DNA of 64,000 nt from Candidatus Poribacteria bacterium (GTDB taxonomy: Bacteria; Poribacteria; WGA-4E; WGA-3G). The stretch spans positions 256,001-320,000 of the forward strand of contig OZ219753.1 of NCBI GenBank assembly GCA_964291315.2, written 5' to 3'. The notes under the pieces are model-generated. The model had not been told where the DNA came from. It ran no database searches and saw only the letters and a program-made list of their open reading frames with translations. Of the stretch, positions 49,058 to 61,293 are shown one piece after another; positions within the stretch are counted from its first letter, which is position 1; each line of letters begins with the position of its first letter. The translations under genes and the position numbers were made by a program.

Positions 49058-50683
49058 TCAGATCAGCAATTCATCTCTGATTGGAAAGAATTGGTCTGCG
49101 ATTTGTTGTAGGTCCATGGAGGTATTATGCTCAAAAGCGACTACCTCCACCCGTTTATCCTGCTGTTTGATGAGTTCTGCGAGTGGACAAAAATCGCCAT
49201 CGCCGCTTGCTAAGATGACGACATCTAGTGATCCAAGTATTGAGACTACATCCACAGCAATGCCGACATCCCAATCACCTTTTGCGGATCCATCGCCACG
49301 TAAACGCAGGTCTTTGCTCTTAATAGTGTATCCATTGTGTTCAAGGAGTGTAAGAAAGCTGGATTGATTGATTTCAGGTATCTGGACGACATAGGCGTAG
49401 GCAACCATTAGGAATCGAGGCCCGACGATGAGATCCAATAGTTTGATATAATCGACTCTGCGTCCAAACCGGTCTTTAGCGGCGTAAAACATATTTTGAA
49501 CATCCACAAAAACACCGACACGCGGTTGCTGGGGTGTTAGCCCGTAAGGTGTTGCGTTTTTGTCTATCTTTTGTGTATCCAAATAAGTAAGTGTTTGACG
49601 AATCTGGTTCAATCCGCCCCGTGCCGTTTGATGATAATTCTCCACTGTATCAAAAAGGTCATCTAAACTTCTTTGAAAATTTTCGAGTTCTTGATGTTCT
49701 TTGTAAATCGCCTCTTCAACCAACTTGAGGTCGGCAATAAGAGTCTTTTTTCCTGTTTTAACATGTTCATATTCCTTTAATTTTTTCGTCAATTGCTTCT
49801 TTTCTATGATGAGGTGTGCCTGCTCGTCGGTGAGTTTCTGAATTTCCTCCGTTTCTTCCACATAGTGTGCTACTTGCTCCCGGAGAACACGATTTTCATC
49901 CTCAAGAACTTTCAGTCGTCTGTTGTTTTCGTGATAGGCATCTGTCTCACTTTTCAAGCGCTTGTTTTCTTGTAACAGAAAGGTGTGCTGTAGATCTAGC
50001 TGTTGGTGCCTTTTCTCAAGTGAGGTATAATCCGCTTTGGAATTTGCCAACTGTTGTTCAAGCAGCTTGATTTCAGAAGTGGGTACCTCCTTGTGTTGCT
50101 GTATATCTTCTGAATCATAGATAGGCTGCTCCTGAATTTTTGTTAACTGTTCCGTGTTTGGAAACGTTTTTTGCCCATTTAGGTGTGGGCTTTCTAGCGA
50201 TTCATATGTTCTGTTAAGTAATTTGTAACCGTGTTCAACGACTCTCCGGCGCTTGTCAATCAGAAGTGCCCAGACAATCTCAGCGAAATCACCGGCTTCA
50301 ATGAGCACTTCAGATGTTTTAAAGAAGGTTTCGATTTCAGAGACTTCCATGTAACCGACACGTGAGATTGCCTCTTGCGCCTTTTGGGTAAAGAATTGGC
50401 TTGCGATTTTTTCGACTGAAGTCTCCTGATTTTGCGAATGAGATTCTTCGCGGTAAGTCCGTTCACTTTCAACAGCAATTTTGGTTTCGCCAGTTCCATC
50501 CAAAAAAGCATTTGTTAGATTTGTCAATAACTCCTGCTTCGATAATGCGTACAACCGGTCGAGATCCGGAATGATACTAGCAGAAGCACTCAATTCGAAG
50601 ACCTCTCTTTCATTTAAGAGTAGATCCAAAAACCATGTGAGCTGATCTCGCCGTATCTTTAATTTTAGATATGGGTCTGCCAT
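49058..50683 (-). CDS. Coiled-coil protein with a C-terminal NYN (LabA/DUF88) nuclease domain
   Basis: VFVDVQN, KGDWDVGIAVD, LASGDGDF, ADQF; long heptad region upstream. Confidence 0.9.
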   Translation of the reverse strand: MADPYLKLKIRRDQLTWFLDLLLNEREVFELSASASIIPDLDRLYALSKQELLTNLTNAFLDGTGETKIAVESERTYREESHSQNQETSVEKIASQFFTQKAQEAISRVGYMEVSEIETFFKTSEVLIEAGDFAEIVWALLIDKRRRVVEHGYKLLNRTYESLESPHLNGQKTFPNTEQLTKIQEQPIYDSEDIQQHKEVPTSEIKLLEQQLANSKADYTSLEKRHQQLDLQHTFLLQENKRLKSETDAYHENNRRLKVLEDENRVLREQVAHYVEETEEIQKLTDEQAHLIIEKKQLTKKLKEYEHVKTGKKTLIADLKLVEEAIYKEHQELENFQRSLDDLFDTVENYHQTARGGLNQIRQTLTYLDTQKIDKNATPYGLTPQQPRVGVFVDVQNMFYAAKDRFGRRVDYIKLLDLIVGPRFLMVAYAYVVQIPEINQSSFLTLLEHNGYTIKSKDLRLRGDGSAKGDWDVGIAVDVVSILGSLDVVILASGDGDFCPLAELIKQQDKRVEVVAFEHNTSMDLQQIADQFFPIRDELLI

Positions 50684-50712
50684 AGGAATTGGACTCCAAA
50701 GGGTGTCGTGAG

Positions 50713-52038
50713 TTAAATTCTGATAATTTTCTCTCGTCCCGCTTGTACAGCGTGTGCAGCGTTGCGCGTGTCAACAACTAATTGGGCGTGTTCAACAAGC
50801 CACTTATAATCTATGTTGCTATGATCTGTCAAAATGACGACACAATCCGCATTTTGGACCAGGTCCGCTGTCAACGGTTCTGAACAATAGGTTTTCTGTT
50901 TATCAAGAGATAAAGTCTCTACATAGGGGTCATGATACAGAAACTTTGCTTTTTTGTCAAGAATTAAACGGATTACTGCCAATGCTGGAGATTCTCGAGT
51001 GTCGCCTAGGTCTTTTTTGTAAGCGACACCGAGAATTAATAATTGTGCATCCTCAAGGGATTTTCGTTTTGGTTTGAGAGCATGAACAATTTTATCTACC
51101 ACGTATTTGGGCATCTCGTTGTTAATTTCGCTGGCAAGTTCAATAAAACGGGCGTGGTATTCATACATATGGGCTTTCCAAGAGAGGTAGTGCGGATCGA
51201 TAGGGATGCAGTGTCCTCCTAATCCCGGCCCCGGATAGAACGGCATAAATCCGAACGGTTTTGTTGCAGCAGCATCTACGACCTCCCAAACGTCCAAATC
51301 CATGCGGTCACAGATAAGTGCTACTTCATTGATTAGGCCGATATTGACGCTTCTAAACGTGTTTTCTAGTAATTTGACCATCTCGGCTGTCCGGGGTGAC
51401 GAGACGGTATGTGTCTTGTTAATAAACTGTGCGTAGAATGTTTTAGCGATGTGGGTGCATCGCCGGGTAACACCGCCGATAATTTTAGGAATGTTCGTCA
51501 CAAAGTGGGTGCTATTTCCGGGTTCAATGCGCTCGGGGGAAAAAGCGAGATAGAAATCGCGTCCTACTTGTCCGGGGCGAGAATCTCCTGTTTTCGTAAA
51601 TTGAGCAGTGAGCCTTGGGAGGACAATTTCTTCGGTTGCCCCGGGGTAGGTGGTACTTTCGAGGATAACCAATTGTTGGGTATGCAGATGCTGTGCGACT
51701 TGTTCGACTGCGGCGGTGATGAACTGCATATCAGGTGTTTGGTTCTCACCCAAAAGGGTCGGTACACAGATGTTAACTGTATCTAATTCACGCAGCACCT
51801 CATAGTTGGTCGTGACTTGTATGTGTCCAGAAGCGACGAGCGGTTTAAGCACTGCGTTGGTGACATCCGGCACGTAAGAGATGCCTCGTTTTAGCTGTGC
51901 TATTTTGTTTGGGCAAATATCGATACCTGTGACTCGGAACCCCGCGCTTGCAATCGCGACCATAAGGGGTAAGCCAACATAACCTAGTCCGATAACACCG
52001 GCATGAGCACTCCGGTTCTCTATTTTTTCAAGAATCAT
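50713..52038 (-). CDS. UDP-N-acetylhexosamine 6-dehydrogenase (WbpA/TviB-like)
   Basis: GLGYVGLP, LESTTYPG, FSPERI, KLLENTFRSVNI, GGHCIPIDP, GVAYKKD..D.RESP. Confidence 0.93.
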   Translation of the reverse strand: MILEKIENRSAHAGVIGLGYVGLPLMVAIASAGFRVTGIDICPNKIAQLKRGISYVPDVTNAVLKPLVASGHIQVTTNYEVLRELDTVNICVPTLLGENQTPDMQFITAAVEQVAQHLHTQQLVILESTTYPGATEEIVLPRLTAQFTKTGDSRPGQVGRDFYLAFSPERIEPGNSTHFVTNIPKIIGGVTRRCTHIAKTFYAQFINKTHTVSSPRTAEMVKLLENTFRSVNIGLINEVALICDRMDLDVWEVVDAAATKPFGFMPFYPGPGLGGHCIPIDPHYLSWKAHMYEYHARFIELASEINNEMPKYVVDKIVHALKPKRKSLEDAQLLILGVAYKKDLGDTRESPALAVIRLILDKKAKFLYHDPYVETLSLDKQKTYCSEPLTADLVQNADCVVILTDHSNIDYKWLVEHAQLVVDTRNAAHAVQAGREKIIRI

Positions 52039-52606
52039 TTTTTAATAGCCAGCGCGTTGCTGCGTAAAGGTTTGTGAATATCTTGTCTGGACAGTCTTGT
52101 TCACCATCTGCACGTTGATAATTAGCATCAATGTAATTATGGTAACTCTCCCGTCCAAGTCCTGTCAAGACGAGAAACGTTGTGGTCTTAGCACGCTTAC
52201 CGGCTTGAATATCAGTAGTAGTATCGCCAATGAAGTAGGCACTTGAGAGATCGATATTGTGTTCTTGTGCAGCACGTTTTAGCATACCGGCTTTTGGTTT
52301 CCGGCACTCGCAACCCGTCTTTGGATGATGCGGGCAGTAATAGACAGCGTTAATTCTTCCACCTACTTTTTCGATTTCAATAGTCATTCGAGAATGGATA
52401 TCTCTCAGATCTTCTTCCGAATAAAGTCCTCTTCTAATGCCGGATTGGTTGGTTACTACGAAGAGGCGGTACCCCTTTTGTGTCAGTTTTTGAATTGCTC
52501 TACGGGCATTTGGAATGAAGGAGAACTCTGTCCATTTTCGGACATAACCCATATTTGGTGGATTCCGATTAATAACCCCATCCCGATCAAGAAAGACAGT
52601 TTTCAT
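52028..52606 (-). CDS. gmhB: D-glycero-beta-D-manno-heptose 1,7-bisphosphate phosphatase
   Basis: FLDRDGVIN, VTNQSG, CPHHP..GCECRKP, IGD...D. Confidence 0.92.
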   Translation of the reverse strand: MKTVFLDRDGVINRNPPNMGYVRKWTEFSFIPNARRAIQKLTQKGYRLFVVTNQSGIRRGLYSEEDLRDIHSRMTIEIEKVGGRINAVYYCPHHPKTGCECRKPKAGMLKRAAQEHNIDLSSAYFIGDTTTDIQAGKRAKTTTFLVLTGLGRESYHNYIDANYQRADGEQDCPDKIFTNLYAATRWLLKNDS

Positions 52607-52675
52607 TTTTGTTAATCGCTCTCGATTTCAGTCGCCTGCATTTAGACAGAAACCGTCTGCGGCTCTTGCTAACTA

Positions 52676-53704
52676 TTAGGGTTGTGCTGTTTCAATTGCC
52701 TGTCGGAGTTCCTGTGATGTGACAGTTGCACACCCCATCTTCCCAACAACGATTCCGCCAGCAAGGTTGGACAATACCGCGGCCTGATGGAATTCGGATC
52801 CTGCAGCAAGGGCAAGGGCGAAAACTGCAACAACTGTGTCCCCCGCACCTGTCACATCTGTTACGATGCTGGAATAGGACGGTAGATGTTTGACTTGTAG
52901 ATTTCCGTGTGATCCGCGCTGGAACAGAGACATCCCGCTTGCATCACGCGTAATTAGCAACGCTTCAAGCGATAAGCGGTTTAAAATTTTCTCTCCGGCA
53001 GCAACAAGATGTGCTACATCGGTAATTTCTTCACGAACAGCGGCACCGGCTTCCTTATGATTCGGCGTGACAGCTGTTACGCCCTCGTAATGCCAGAAAT
53101 TGTCGAGTTTTGGATCTACGATGACCGGGATATGGTAAGATTGTGCTCGCTTGACGAGTTTCTTGATAAGTTCAGCATTCACAACTCCTTTGTCGTAGTC
53201 AGCAAAGATAACTGCGTTACTTGCAGGCAGTTGAGAGACCGCTTCGGCTAGCAGGCGTTCCGACAGCCGAGCAGGAATTTTTTGTTTAGACTCCCGGTCG
53301 ATGCGAAGCAGATGGTGCCCTAGTTCAGGTGCTCTCTCTGCAGACTTTCCGACAGCGGCGTGGGCAATTATACGCGTTTTCGTGCTTGTCGGGCGTTTGG
53401 GATCTATACAGACCCCGGCAATGCCTAAGTTCATACCGGTAGCCATCTGCCGTAATTTTTCACCAGTTCTGTCCGCTCCGATTACGCCTAGAAGTGCTGC
53501 GTTACCTCCGAGGCTTGCAACATTCTGAGCGACATTCGCTGCACCACCGCAACCGATGGTTTCGGTAGACGTTTCAAAAACTGGAATAGGGGCCTCGGGC
53601 GAGATTCGGTTCACATTGCCCCATATATACTCGTCTACGATGATATCGCCGATAACCATCACCCGTTTGCCTTGCAGTTGTGTAAGAATAGTTTTTAGAT
53701 TCAC
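52676..53704 (-). CDS. rfaE1: Heptose-7-phosphate kinase (stand-alone RfaE domain I / HldA)
   Basis: RISPEAPIPV, GGAANVA, DYDKG, TPNHKEA, DVTGAGDT. Confidence 0.92.
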   Translation of the reverse strand: MNLKTILTQLQGKRVMVIGDIIVDEYIWGNVNRISPEAPIPVFETSTETIGCGGAANVAQNVASLGGNAALLGVIGADRTGEKLRQMATGMNLGIAGVCIDPKRPTSTKTRIIAHAAVGKSAERAPELGHHLLRIDRESKQKIPARLSERLLAEAVSQLPASNAVIFADYDKGVVNAELIKKLVKRAQSYHIPVIVDPKLDNFWHYEGVTAVTPNHKEAGAAVREEITDVAHLVAAGEKILNRLSLEALLITRDASGMSLFQRGSHGNLQVKHLPSYSSIVTDVTGAGDTVVAVFALALAAGSEFHQAAVLSNLAGGIVVGKMGCATVTSQELRQAIETAQP

Positions 53705-54259
53705 GAGAGCATGTTAGCATAAATCTATAGGTTAAAGCAATAGGATAATCTCAGTGTATCCATATTTCGTCGGAAGTTTGGTATGGCGGGGCGGAAAGGA
53801 TGCCCGACTACCGAGTAAAGACACTAGTATAACGCGAATTAAGAGATAGCGACATCTTGCTTGTGACAGGTTCTAGTCAACTGTCTCCATGAAACCTCTG
53901 TGAAAACCTTTGTTAAAATAAATATGTTCATGCTTCCGATCTACTTAACCGTGCAATCTTGCAAATCCTTGCATCCCATAAGTCGCGCGCAGCTCATCCA
54001 ACCAATACCCAACTGCTAAAGTTTGAAGAAGATCCAACCTATTTCCTACTAAAAGTAAGACATGAAGCATTTATACCTCTATCTTTACAGTTCCTCATGA
54101 AAAATTGTTGTCTGCAATTGACAACTAATCCATTTTTTCCACTTCACAAAAATTTGAATTTGTGGTGAATCTGTGTTACAATTTAATTTCTATAAACCTC
54201 ATACCGTTGTCAGTGTCGTATCATTTTACATTTTAATGAATTGCAAGCGGTGAACACCA

Positions 54260-55522
54260 ATGAACACGTTAGAATCCAAATTAGGTAAAGTCGACCCGCA
54301 GGTCGTGGAAATTGCTTCCAAAGACTTAGCACGCCAGCGGAATACACTCATACTAATCCCTTCAGAGAACTACGCTAGTCGCGCTGTTATGGAAGCGCAG
54401 AGTACCATTCTCGCTAACAAATACGCCGAGGGCTATCCTGGTGAGCGTTACTATAACGGGTGCAAGTATATGGACGAAGTTGAATCATTGGCAATTGAAC
54501 GCGCTAAGGCACTCTTCGGTGTTGAGCACGTTAACGTCCAACCTCACGCTGGCAGCCAAGCGAACATGGCGGTCTACCATGCTCTCCTCGAACCCAACGA
54601 TACGATTCTTGGCATGTCTCTCAGTCACGGTGGACATTTAACCCACGGCGATGCTGTTAACTTTTCCGGACGCTACTACAACACCGCCGTTTATGGTGTG
54701 GACAGTGAGACCGAACGGATTGATATGGAGCAGATCGCACGGATCGCCCAAAAGCATCGCCCGAAACTCATCGTTGTTGGCGCCACAGCTTATCCCCGAC
54801 ACTTTGACTTCGCCCTATGGCGGGAAGTCGCTGATTCCGTAGGAGCATATCTGCTTGCTGATATAGCGCATATTGCAGGCCTTATCGCAGGCGGTGCCCA
54901 TCCAGATCCTGTTCCGTATAGTGATGTGATTACGACAACAACCCACAAAACACTACGGGGCCCCCGTGGAGCAATGATTATGTGTAAATCTGAATATGCA
55001 GATAAGATTGACCGCGCAGTGTTTCCCGGCTTACAAGGAGGCCCTTTCCTCCATACAATCGCGGCGAGAGCCGTCGCTTTCAAGGAAGCAAACCAACCTG
55101 ATTTTAAGAGGTATCAAGCGCAGATTGTTAAAAATGCTAAAGCCCTATCTGCACGGTTGATCGAAAACGGATTCCGGTTGGTGAGCGGTGGGACAGATAA
55201 CCATCTGATGCTGATAGATCTCACCTCTAAATACGAGAAACTCAGTGGACGGCAAGCCGCTGATCATCTGGAAGAGGCTGGAATTATCGTAAATAAAAAT
55301 ACAATACCGTTCGACAAAAGAAAGCCGAGAACGACGAGTGGTTTACGCATCGGGACTCCGATGGTTACCACGCGCGGCATGAAAGAAGATGATATGATCC
55401 AAATTGCCGATTTTATCGCAGAGACTCTCGAAAATAGACAGAAAGCCTCAATCAAACGCCGAATTCGAGAGAAAGTCAAGGAATTCTGCGCGCAATTCCC
55501 AATTTATGAATATTTAAAATAG
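54260..55522 (+). CDS. glyA: Serine hydroxymethyltransferase
   Basis: [39 protein letters not shown]. Confidence 0.98.
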   Translation: MNTLESKLGKVDPQVVEIASKDLARQRNTLILIPSENYASRAVMEAQSTILANKYAEGYPGERYYNGCKYMDEVESLAIERAKALFGVEHVNVQPHAGSQANMAVYHALLEPNDTILGMSLSHGGHLTHGDAVNFSGRYYNTAVYGVDSETERIDMEQIARIAQKHRPKLIVVGATAYPRHFDFALWREVADSVGAYLLADIAHIAGLIAGGAHPDPVPYSDVITTTTHKTLRGPRGAMIMCKSEYADKIDRAVFPGLQGGPFLHTIAARAVAFKEANQPDFKRYQAQIVKNAKALSARLIENGFRLVSGGTDNHLMLIDLTSKYEKLSGRQAADHLEEAGIIVNKNTIPFDKRKPRTTSGLRIGTPMVTTRGMKEDDMIQIADFIAETLENRQKASIKRRIREKVKEFCAQFPIYEYLK

Positions 55523-55638
55523 GTGGGTTCTGCTTTAGCCAATGATATGATGTCCTTCTTGTGATGTTAACTGGAGGCTGTCAGCGAATTGAGTACCAAT
55601 TTCGCGAAATCATTATTAAATAGTTATTGGATTCGGCT

Positions 55639-57045
55639 ATGGATTACAAAGCAGCGCTTGCTTATATTGAAGCGTTCATAGATTATGAAAGAAGTGCGGA
55701 CTTTGCCCGACAGCAAAGATACCACAACCTGAATCGAATCTCGTTGTTGTTGGATTTGCTTGGCAACCCGCAAGAGAAGTTGCGTGTCATCCATATTGCA
55801 GGAAGTAAAGGGAAAGGCTCTACCGCTGCACTTATAGCATCAGTGCTGACCCATGCAGGCTATAAGACTGGTTTGTTTACATCACCGCATCTCATTACAC
55901 CGCGCGAGAGGTGCCGGATTGATGATAAATTCATTTCGGAATCAGACGTTGCTTTTTATATTGACAAGCTCAGACCCGCAATCGACACCGTTTCCGCTGC
56001 TGAATTCGGGCGTGTTTCGTTTTTTGAAATATATACAGCACTCGCCTTTTCTTACTTTGCTGACAAAGCAACAGATTTTGCTGTTATAGAAGTTGGTTTA
56101 GGAGGCAGACTGGACGCGACAAATGTCGTTACGCCAGTCACAACGGTTATCACGTCTATCGGGCTAGAGCATACGGCGATATTAGGTGATACCTACGGCG
56201 AAATCGCAACCGAGAAAGCAGAGATCATTAAACACGGATGTCCACTTTCACTTGCACCCCAACCCTCAGAAGCGCGAGCAGTTTTTGAAAAGGTCGCCAG
56301 GGCGCGGAACGCGCCTATCATTGAGGCCAAACATTTGGTCCAGGGCAATTTCGATACTTCACGGACTCGAACGGTCTACGACACCGAGGGGTTGCCAGTA
56401 GGACAGCATTTTGATGTGAAGACCGCCTCGGAGTGTTATTCGCAGTTGACTGTCCCTCTTCTGGGACACCATCAATTTGTGAATGCCATAATAGCTCTTG
56501 CTGCGGTTAAGAGTTTGAAACAGCAAGGTTATGTGATTCCGAAAGCCAGCGTTTATGCAGGATTTGAAAACGTGCAGTGGAATGGACGAGTTCAACGAAT
56601 TAAATCCTCACCGATTGTTGTGCTTGATGGTGCACACTCTCCGTTTTCGATGGAAGCCTTGTGTCGGACACTCCGCGAGAGTTTTTGCTGCTCTCATACG
56701 ATTTTTGTCGTTAGTTTAATGCGTGATAAAGATCTTACAGCAATTGGCGACATTGTTTCGAAGAACGCAGATTCTGTGATAGCTACAGAGGTTGCGGATA
56801 ACCCGCGTGTTATGCCCGCTGAGGTAATACAAGACGCCTGGGGTCAGACATGTCCGAAGATCACTGCATGTCCAAATCCAGAAAGTGCGATCGCGAAGGC
56901 ACTGTCAGAAGCGTCATCGACAGATTTGATCTGCATCACCGGTTCGCTTTATCTCGTCGGTCAGGCCCTAAAGTGGTTCTCGGTTCTCGATAGTCAGCAC
57001 GAAGATTCTATTCTCTGTGCATCCGGCTCTGGTGTTAAGCGCTAA
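55639..57045 (+). CDS. folC: Dihydrofolate/folylpolyglutamate synthase
   Basis: HIAGSKGKGST, FTSPHL, EVGLGGRLDATNV, LDGAH, TGSLYLVG. Confidence 0.96.
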   Translation: MDYKAALAYIEAFIDYERSADFARQQRYHNLNRISLLLDLLGNPQEKLRVIHIAGSKGKGSTAALIASVLTHAGYKTGLFTSPHLITPRERCRIDDKFISESDVAFYIDKLRPAIDTVSAAEFGRVSFFEIYTALAFSYFADKATDFAVIEVGLGGRLDATNVVTPVTTVITSIGLEHTAILGDTYGEIATEKAEIIKHGCPLSLAPQPSEARAVFEKVARARNAPIIEAKHLVQGNFDTSRTRTVYDTEGLPVGQHFDVKTASECYSQLTVPLLGHHQFVNAIIALAAVKSLKQQGYVIPKASVYAGFENVQWNGRVQRIKSSPIVVLDGAHSPFSMEALCRTLRESFCCSHTIFVVSLMRDKDLTAIGDIVSKNADSVIATEVADNPRVMPAEVIQDAWGQTCPKITACPNPESAIAKALSEASSTDLICITGSLYLVGQALKWFSVLDSQHEDSILCASGSGVKR

Positions 57046-57187
57046 AGAATATAATGGATTAAGAGGATAAAAAACCTGAAAAAAAACGGTTTTGAATGGA
57101 AACCCAATCGTGTCAGAAAGGAAACAGACAAAACCGATCAGAACGCTAACCTTTAAAGTCAAAGGAAGAAAAAAGAGAGGTCTTTTA

Positions 57188-59548
57188 ATGTGTGAAATCA
57201 AATGCAAAAGACGGTGGCTAAGTTGGAAAGTATTTCTGACATCTTTCCTCACTCTGAATTTAGTCACTGTGGCTTTTGCTCAAACAGAACATTATCCAAC
57301 TATTCCAACAGCTTGGTGGATTGCCCCTATCGGTGCCCTCGTCGCTTTGGGGTTTGCGTACTACTTTTACCGTGCAGTGATGCGACAGGATGAGGGTAAC
57401 GAAACAATGCGTGCTATCGCGCAATCTGTCCGAGAAGGTGCCATGGCGTATCTCAGGCAACAATACAAAGTGGTAGGGATAGTTTTTGTTGTCCTTTGCC
57501 TCATATTTCTCTTCATGGCATTCGTTCTTAATGCCCAAAATAAGGTGATTCCGTTTGCATTTCTTACAGGTGGTTTCTTCTCAGGGCTCTGTGGTTTCCT
57601 CGGCATGAAAACGGCGACCAATGCCTCCGCACGTACCACGAGTGCAGCGATGAACGGACTCAACGCCGGATTGAAGGTAGCCTTTCGTGCTGGAGCGGTT
57701 ATGGGTTTGGTCGTTGTCGGGTTTGCACTCCTTGACATTACAGGATGGTTTCTAATACTCTACTACCTTTTTCCAAAAATATTTCCTGGGTTTTTATCTG
57801 AGGCGAATCCGCTGCCGCAGATTACTGTGATTATGCTGAGTTTCGGAATGGGGGCTTCTACACAAGCCTTGTTTGCTCGTGTCGGTGGGGGTATCTACAC
57901 AAAGGCAGCCGATGTCGGAGCGGACCTCGTCGGAAAGGTCGAAGCCGGAATTCCAGAAGATGATCCGCGTAATCCGGCTGTCATCGCAGATAATGTTGGT
58001 GATAATGTCGGCGATGTTGCAGGCATGGGCGCGGACCTGTACGAGTCTTATGCAGGCTCTATCTTAGCAACCGCTGCACTCGGTGTCGCTGCTGTTGCTG
58101 CAAACGATTACAACAATCTCGCTCTCCAGCTGAAGTATCTCGCAGCCCCTATGGTTATTGCTGGCGTTGGAGTGATCCTTTCCATCCTAGGTATATTTCT
58201 AGTACGAACGAAAGAGGGAGCATCAATGAGCCAATTGATGGGATCTCTTAACTTTGGTATTAACGGGAGTGCTGTAGGCATCGCAGTTATATCACTTCCT
58301 GTCCTTATCTATCTCGATCTTCCGAATAAATGGCAGATTTGGGGAGCGATCGTCGCGGGGCTCATCGGAGGATTGGTTATTGGAAAAGTCACTGAAATTT
58401 TCACGTCCCATGACTATGCTCCGACGCGTGCTATTGCTAAGCAGGCGCGAACAGGGCCCGCAACGGTAATTATTGAAGGGGTTGCTGTCGGCATGGAATC
58501 GACTGCGATTCCTGTTATTACGATCGTCGCCGCAGTCGCTATCAGTTACTATCTCCCTGGCGGCATGCAGGAACCATTGATGGGACTTTACGGGGTCGGT
58601 ATTGCTGCCGTCGGTATGCTTGCGACCCTCGGTATCACTCTTGCCACGGACGCATACGGACCTATCGCAGATAATGCCGGTGGCAATGCTGAAATGGCAG
58701 AACTTGATAAAAGTGTCCGGAATCGCACGGATCAGTTGGATGCCCTCGGAAACACGACCGCAGCAACAGGGAAAGGATTCGCTATCGGGTCAGCAGCACT
58801 GACTGCCCTGGCGTTGTTAGCCGCCTATATTGAAGAAATTCGACACGGGCTCATCGACTTAGCGGGGCAGAAGATGCTGAACATACCCGGTGAAGGCCCG
58901 GTGGCCACGGCGAAGGTTTCAATTAATCAATTCATGGACTACTACAATGTTAACCTCATGAATCCGCAAGTTCTTATCGGACTGTTCATCGGTGCAGTGA
59001 TGGCGTTCTATTTTTGTGCTTTGACGATGAAGGCGGTCGGACGGGCTGCGGGGGCTATGGTGGAAGAGGTACGCCGTCAATTTCGAGCGAAACCGGGGAT
59101 TATGAAAGGTGAGGAGAAACCAGATTATGCCCGGTGTGTTGAGATTTCAACAGCTGGTGCACAACGAGAGATGATTTTTCCATCGCTTATCGCTATTGCT
59201 GTTCCTGTCGTCGTTGGCTTAGTTTTTGATGTTGGCGGGGTGCTTGGTTTACTCACTGGAGGGTTGGCAACCGGTTTTGTTCTTGCAATCATGATGGCAA
59301 ACGCGGGCGGGGCATGGGACAACGCCAAAAAATTCATTGAAGAAGGCAGGCATAAAGATGAATATGGCGACAAAGGTTCAGAACCTCACAAAGCCACTGT
59401 TGTCGGTGATACCGTCGGAGACCCGTTCAAGGACACCTCTGGACCCTCACTTAATATTTTAATTAAGTTGATGTCCATGGTATCTGTTGTTTTTGCCGGA
59501 CTCATTGCCAAATACGGCGGTGCCCTTAACAGCTGGCTGGGTATGTAA
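57188..59548 (+). CDS. hppA: Membrane-integral pyrophosphatase, K+-dependent, with Na+,H+-PPase signature
   Basis: [45 protein letters not shown]. Confidence 0.96.
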   Translation: MCEIKCKRRWLSWKVFLTSFLTLNLVTVAFAQTEHYPTIPTAWWIAPIGALVALGFAYYFYRAVMRQDEGNETMRAIAQSVREGAMAYLRQQYKVVGIVFVVLCLIFLFMAFVLNAQNKVIPFAFLTGGFFSGLCGFLGMKTATNASARTTSAAMNGLNAGLKVAFRAGAVMGLVVVGFALLDITGWFLILYYLFPKIFPGFLSEANPLPQITVIMLSFGMGASTQALFARVGGGIYTKAADVGADLVGKVEAGIPEDDPRNPAVIADNVGDNVGDVAGMGADLYESYAGSILATAALGVAAVAANDYNNLALQLKYLAAPMVIAGVGVILSILGIFLVRTKEGASMSQLMGSLNFGINGSAVGIAVISLPVLIYLDLPNKWQIWGAIVAGLIGGLVIGKVTEIFTSHDYAPTRAIAKQARTGPATVIIEGVAVGMESTAIPVITIVAAVAISYYLPGGMQEPLMGLYGVGIAAVGMLATLGITLATDAYGPIADNAGGNAEMAELDKSVRNRTDQLDALGNTTAATGKGFAIGSAALTALALLAAYIEEIRHGLIDLAGQKMLNIPGEGPVATAKVSINQFMDYYNVNLMNPQVLIGLFIGAVMAFYFCALTMKAVGRAAGAMVEEVRRQFRAKPGIMKGEEKPDYARCVEISTAGAQREMIFPSLIAIAVPVVVGLVFDVGGVLGLLTGGLATGFVLAIMMANAGGAWDNAKKFIEEGRHKDEYGDKGSEPHKATVVGDTVGDPFKDTSGPSLNILIKLMSMVSVVFAGLIAKYGGALNSWLGM

Positions 59549-59613
59549 ACAGAATTAAGATTTCTCGCTTCCCTTTCTCTTTTCTTTATCAATTTGTAGG
59601 AGAAAACAGACAG

Positions 59614-61293
59614 ATGTCCAATAAACTGAAACCTCGAAGTTACGCGATTACTGATGGCCCCGACCGTGCTGCTGCACGCACGATGCTCATGTTCGGCGAC
59701 GGTGGTCTCTCACCGGAGGACCTTGACAAGCCAATTGTCGGGGTTGCTAATACATGGATCGAGATCGGCCCTTGTAACTTTCATCTCAGACAGCTCGCCG
59801 CCAAGGTCAAAGAGGGGATCCGCTACGCAGGCGGTACACCTCTTGAATTCAATACTGTCAGTATTTCCGATGGGATTACGATGGGCACCGAAGGCATGAA
59901 AACCTCGCTCATTAGTCGAGAAGTCATCGCTGATTCGATTGAATTGGTTTCTATCGGTAACATGTTTGATGCTGTTGTTGCACTCTGTGGATGCGACAAA
60001 ACGGTCCCTGGCACCGTCATGGCATTGGCGCGGTTAGATATTCCCTCGCTCACGCTGTATGGTGGTTCAATCATGCCTGGTAAATTTCAGGGACGTGATG
60101 TCACGATTCAGGACGTGTTTGAAGCTGTCGGGGAGCATGCAGAAGGTACAATAACCGTCGAGGAACTCGATGACCTAATCCGTAAAGGATGTCCCGGCCC
60201 TGGGGCGTGTGGAGGGCAATTTACTGCTAATACGATGGCCACAGCCGTCGAAATGTTGGGTATTGCTCCGATGGGAAGCGGAAGTGTACCCGCTGTGGTA
60301 GAAGGTAAGGCTGATGAGGCATACAAAGCCGGCCAGCTCATTATAGACATGCTCGCTGCTGATAGGTGCCCGAGCCGAATTATCACCCGTAAATCGATTG
60401 AGAATGCTATTACCTCTGTCGCCGCGACCGGTGGGTCTACCAACGGCATTTTGCATCTCCTCGCCATCGCTCATGAAGCACAGGTTCCGATAACGCTTGA
60501 GGATTTCCACACCATTAGCCAAAGAACTCCGGTGTTAGCTGATCTGAAACCGGGCGGTCAATTTGTCGCTAACGATCTTTATGAGGCAGGAGGCATTCCC
60601 TTCTTGGCGAAACGTCTCCTAGAAGCAGAATTGCTGCATGCCGATGAACTGACTGTCACCGGCAAAACCATCGGCCAAGAAGCGAACGCAGCCACTGAAA
60701 CCGAGGGGCAGCAAGTCGTCAGACCCGTGGAGGCACCCCTCAAACTGACGGGCGGATTCGCTATTTTAAGGGGTAACCTTGCACCCGATGGATGTGTTAT
60801 CAAATTAGCTGGACAGGACAAAACCCTCCACCGGGGGCCAGCACGCATCTTTGACCGAGAGGAGGACTCTTTTGCTGCTATTAAAGGAGGCTCGATTAAA
60901 CCCGGTGATGTCGTTGTTATTCGTTATGAAGGCCCTACCGGGGGACCAGGAATGCGCGAGATGTTGGGGGTAACGGCAGCAATTGTCGGCGCAGGTTTGA
61001 GCGAGGAGGTCGCCCTTTTAACCGATGGCAGATTCTCCGGTGCCACACACGGTTTCATGATCTGCCACATCGCACCTGAAGCCGCAAAAGGTGGCCCTCT
61101 TGCTATTCTACAAGAAGGAGACCAGATCGTTATTGATGCCAAAAAACGACGACTAGATGTTGAACTCTCCAACGCAGAAATTCAGGCGCGTTTTGAACAG
61201 TGGACCCCGCCCGAACCGCTTTACACCCGCGGAGTTATGGCAAAATATGCAAACACAGTATCTTCTGCTTCCGAAGGTGCTGTAACAGGATAA
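59614..61293 (+). CDS. ilvD: Dihydroxy-acid dehydratase
   Basis: [43 protein letters not shown]. Confidence 0.97.
   Translation: MSNKLKPRSYAITDGPDRAAARTMLMFGDGGLSPEDLDKPIVGVANTWIEIGPCNFHLRQLAAKVKEGIRYAGGTPLEFNTVSISDGITMGTEGMKTSLISREVIADSIELVSIGNMFDAVVALCGCDKTVPGTVMALARLDIPSLTLYGGSIMPGKFQGRDVTIQDVFEAVGEHAEGTITVEELDDLIRKGCPGPGACGGQFTANTMATAVEMLGIAPMGSGSVPAVVEGKADEAYKAGQLIIDMLAADRCPSRIITRKSIENAITSVAATGGSTNGILHLLAIAHEAQVPITLEDFHTISQRTPVLADLKPGGQFVANDLYEAGGIPFLAKRLLEAELLHADELTVTGKTIGQEANAATETEGQQVVRPVEAPLKLTGGFAILRGNLAPDGCVIKLAGQDKTLHRGPARIFDREEDSFAAIKGGSIKPGDVVVIRYEGPTGGPGMREMLGVTAAIVGAGLSEEVALLTDGRFSGATHGFMICHIAPEAAKGGPLAILQEGDQIVIDAKKRRLDVELSNAEIQARFEQWTPPEPLYTRGVMAKYANTVSSASEGAVTG

Noticed and set aside
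53705-54259. ZTP or THF riboswitch upstream of glyA-folC
   Set aside because: No recognisable consensus; a plausible promoter lies close to the start codon
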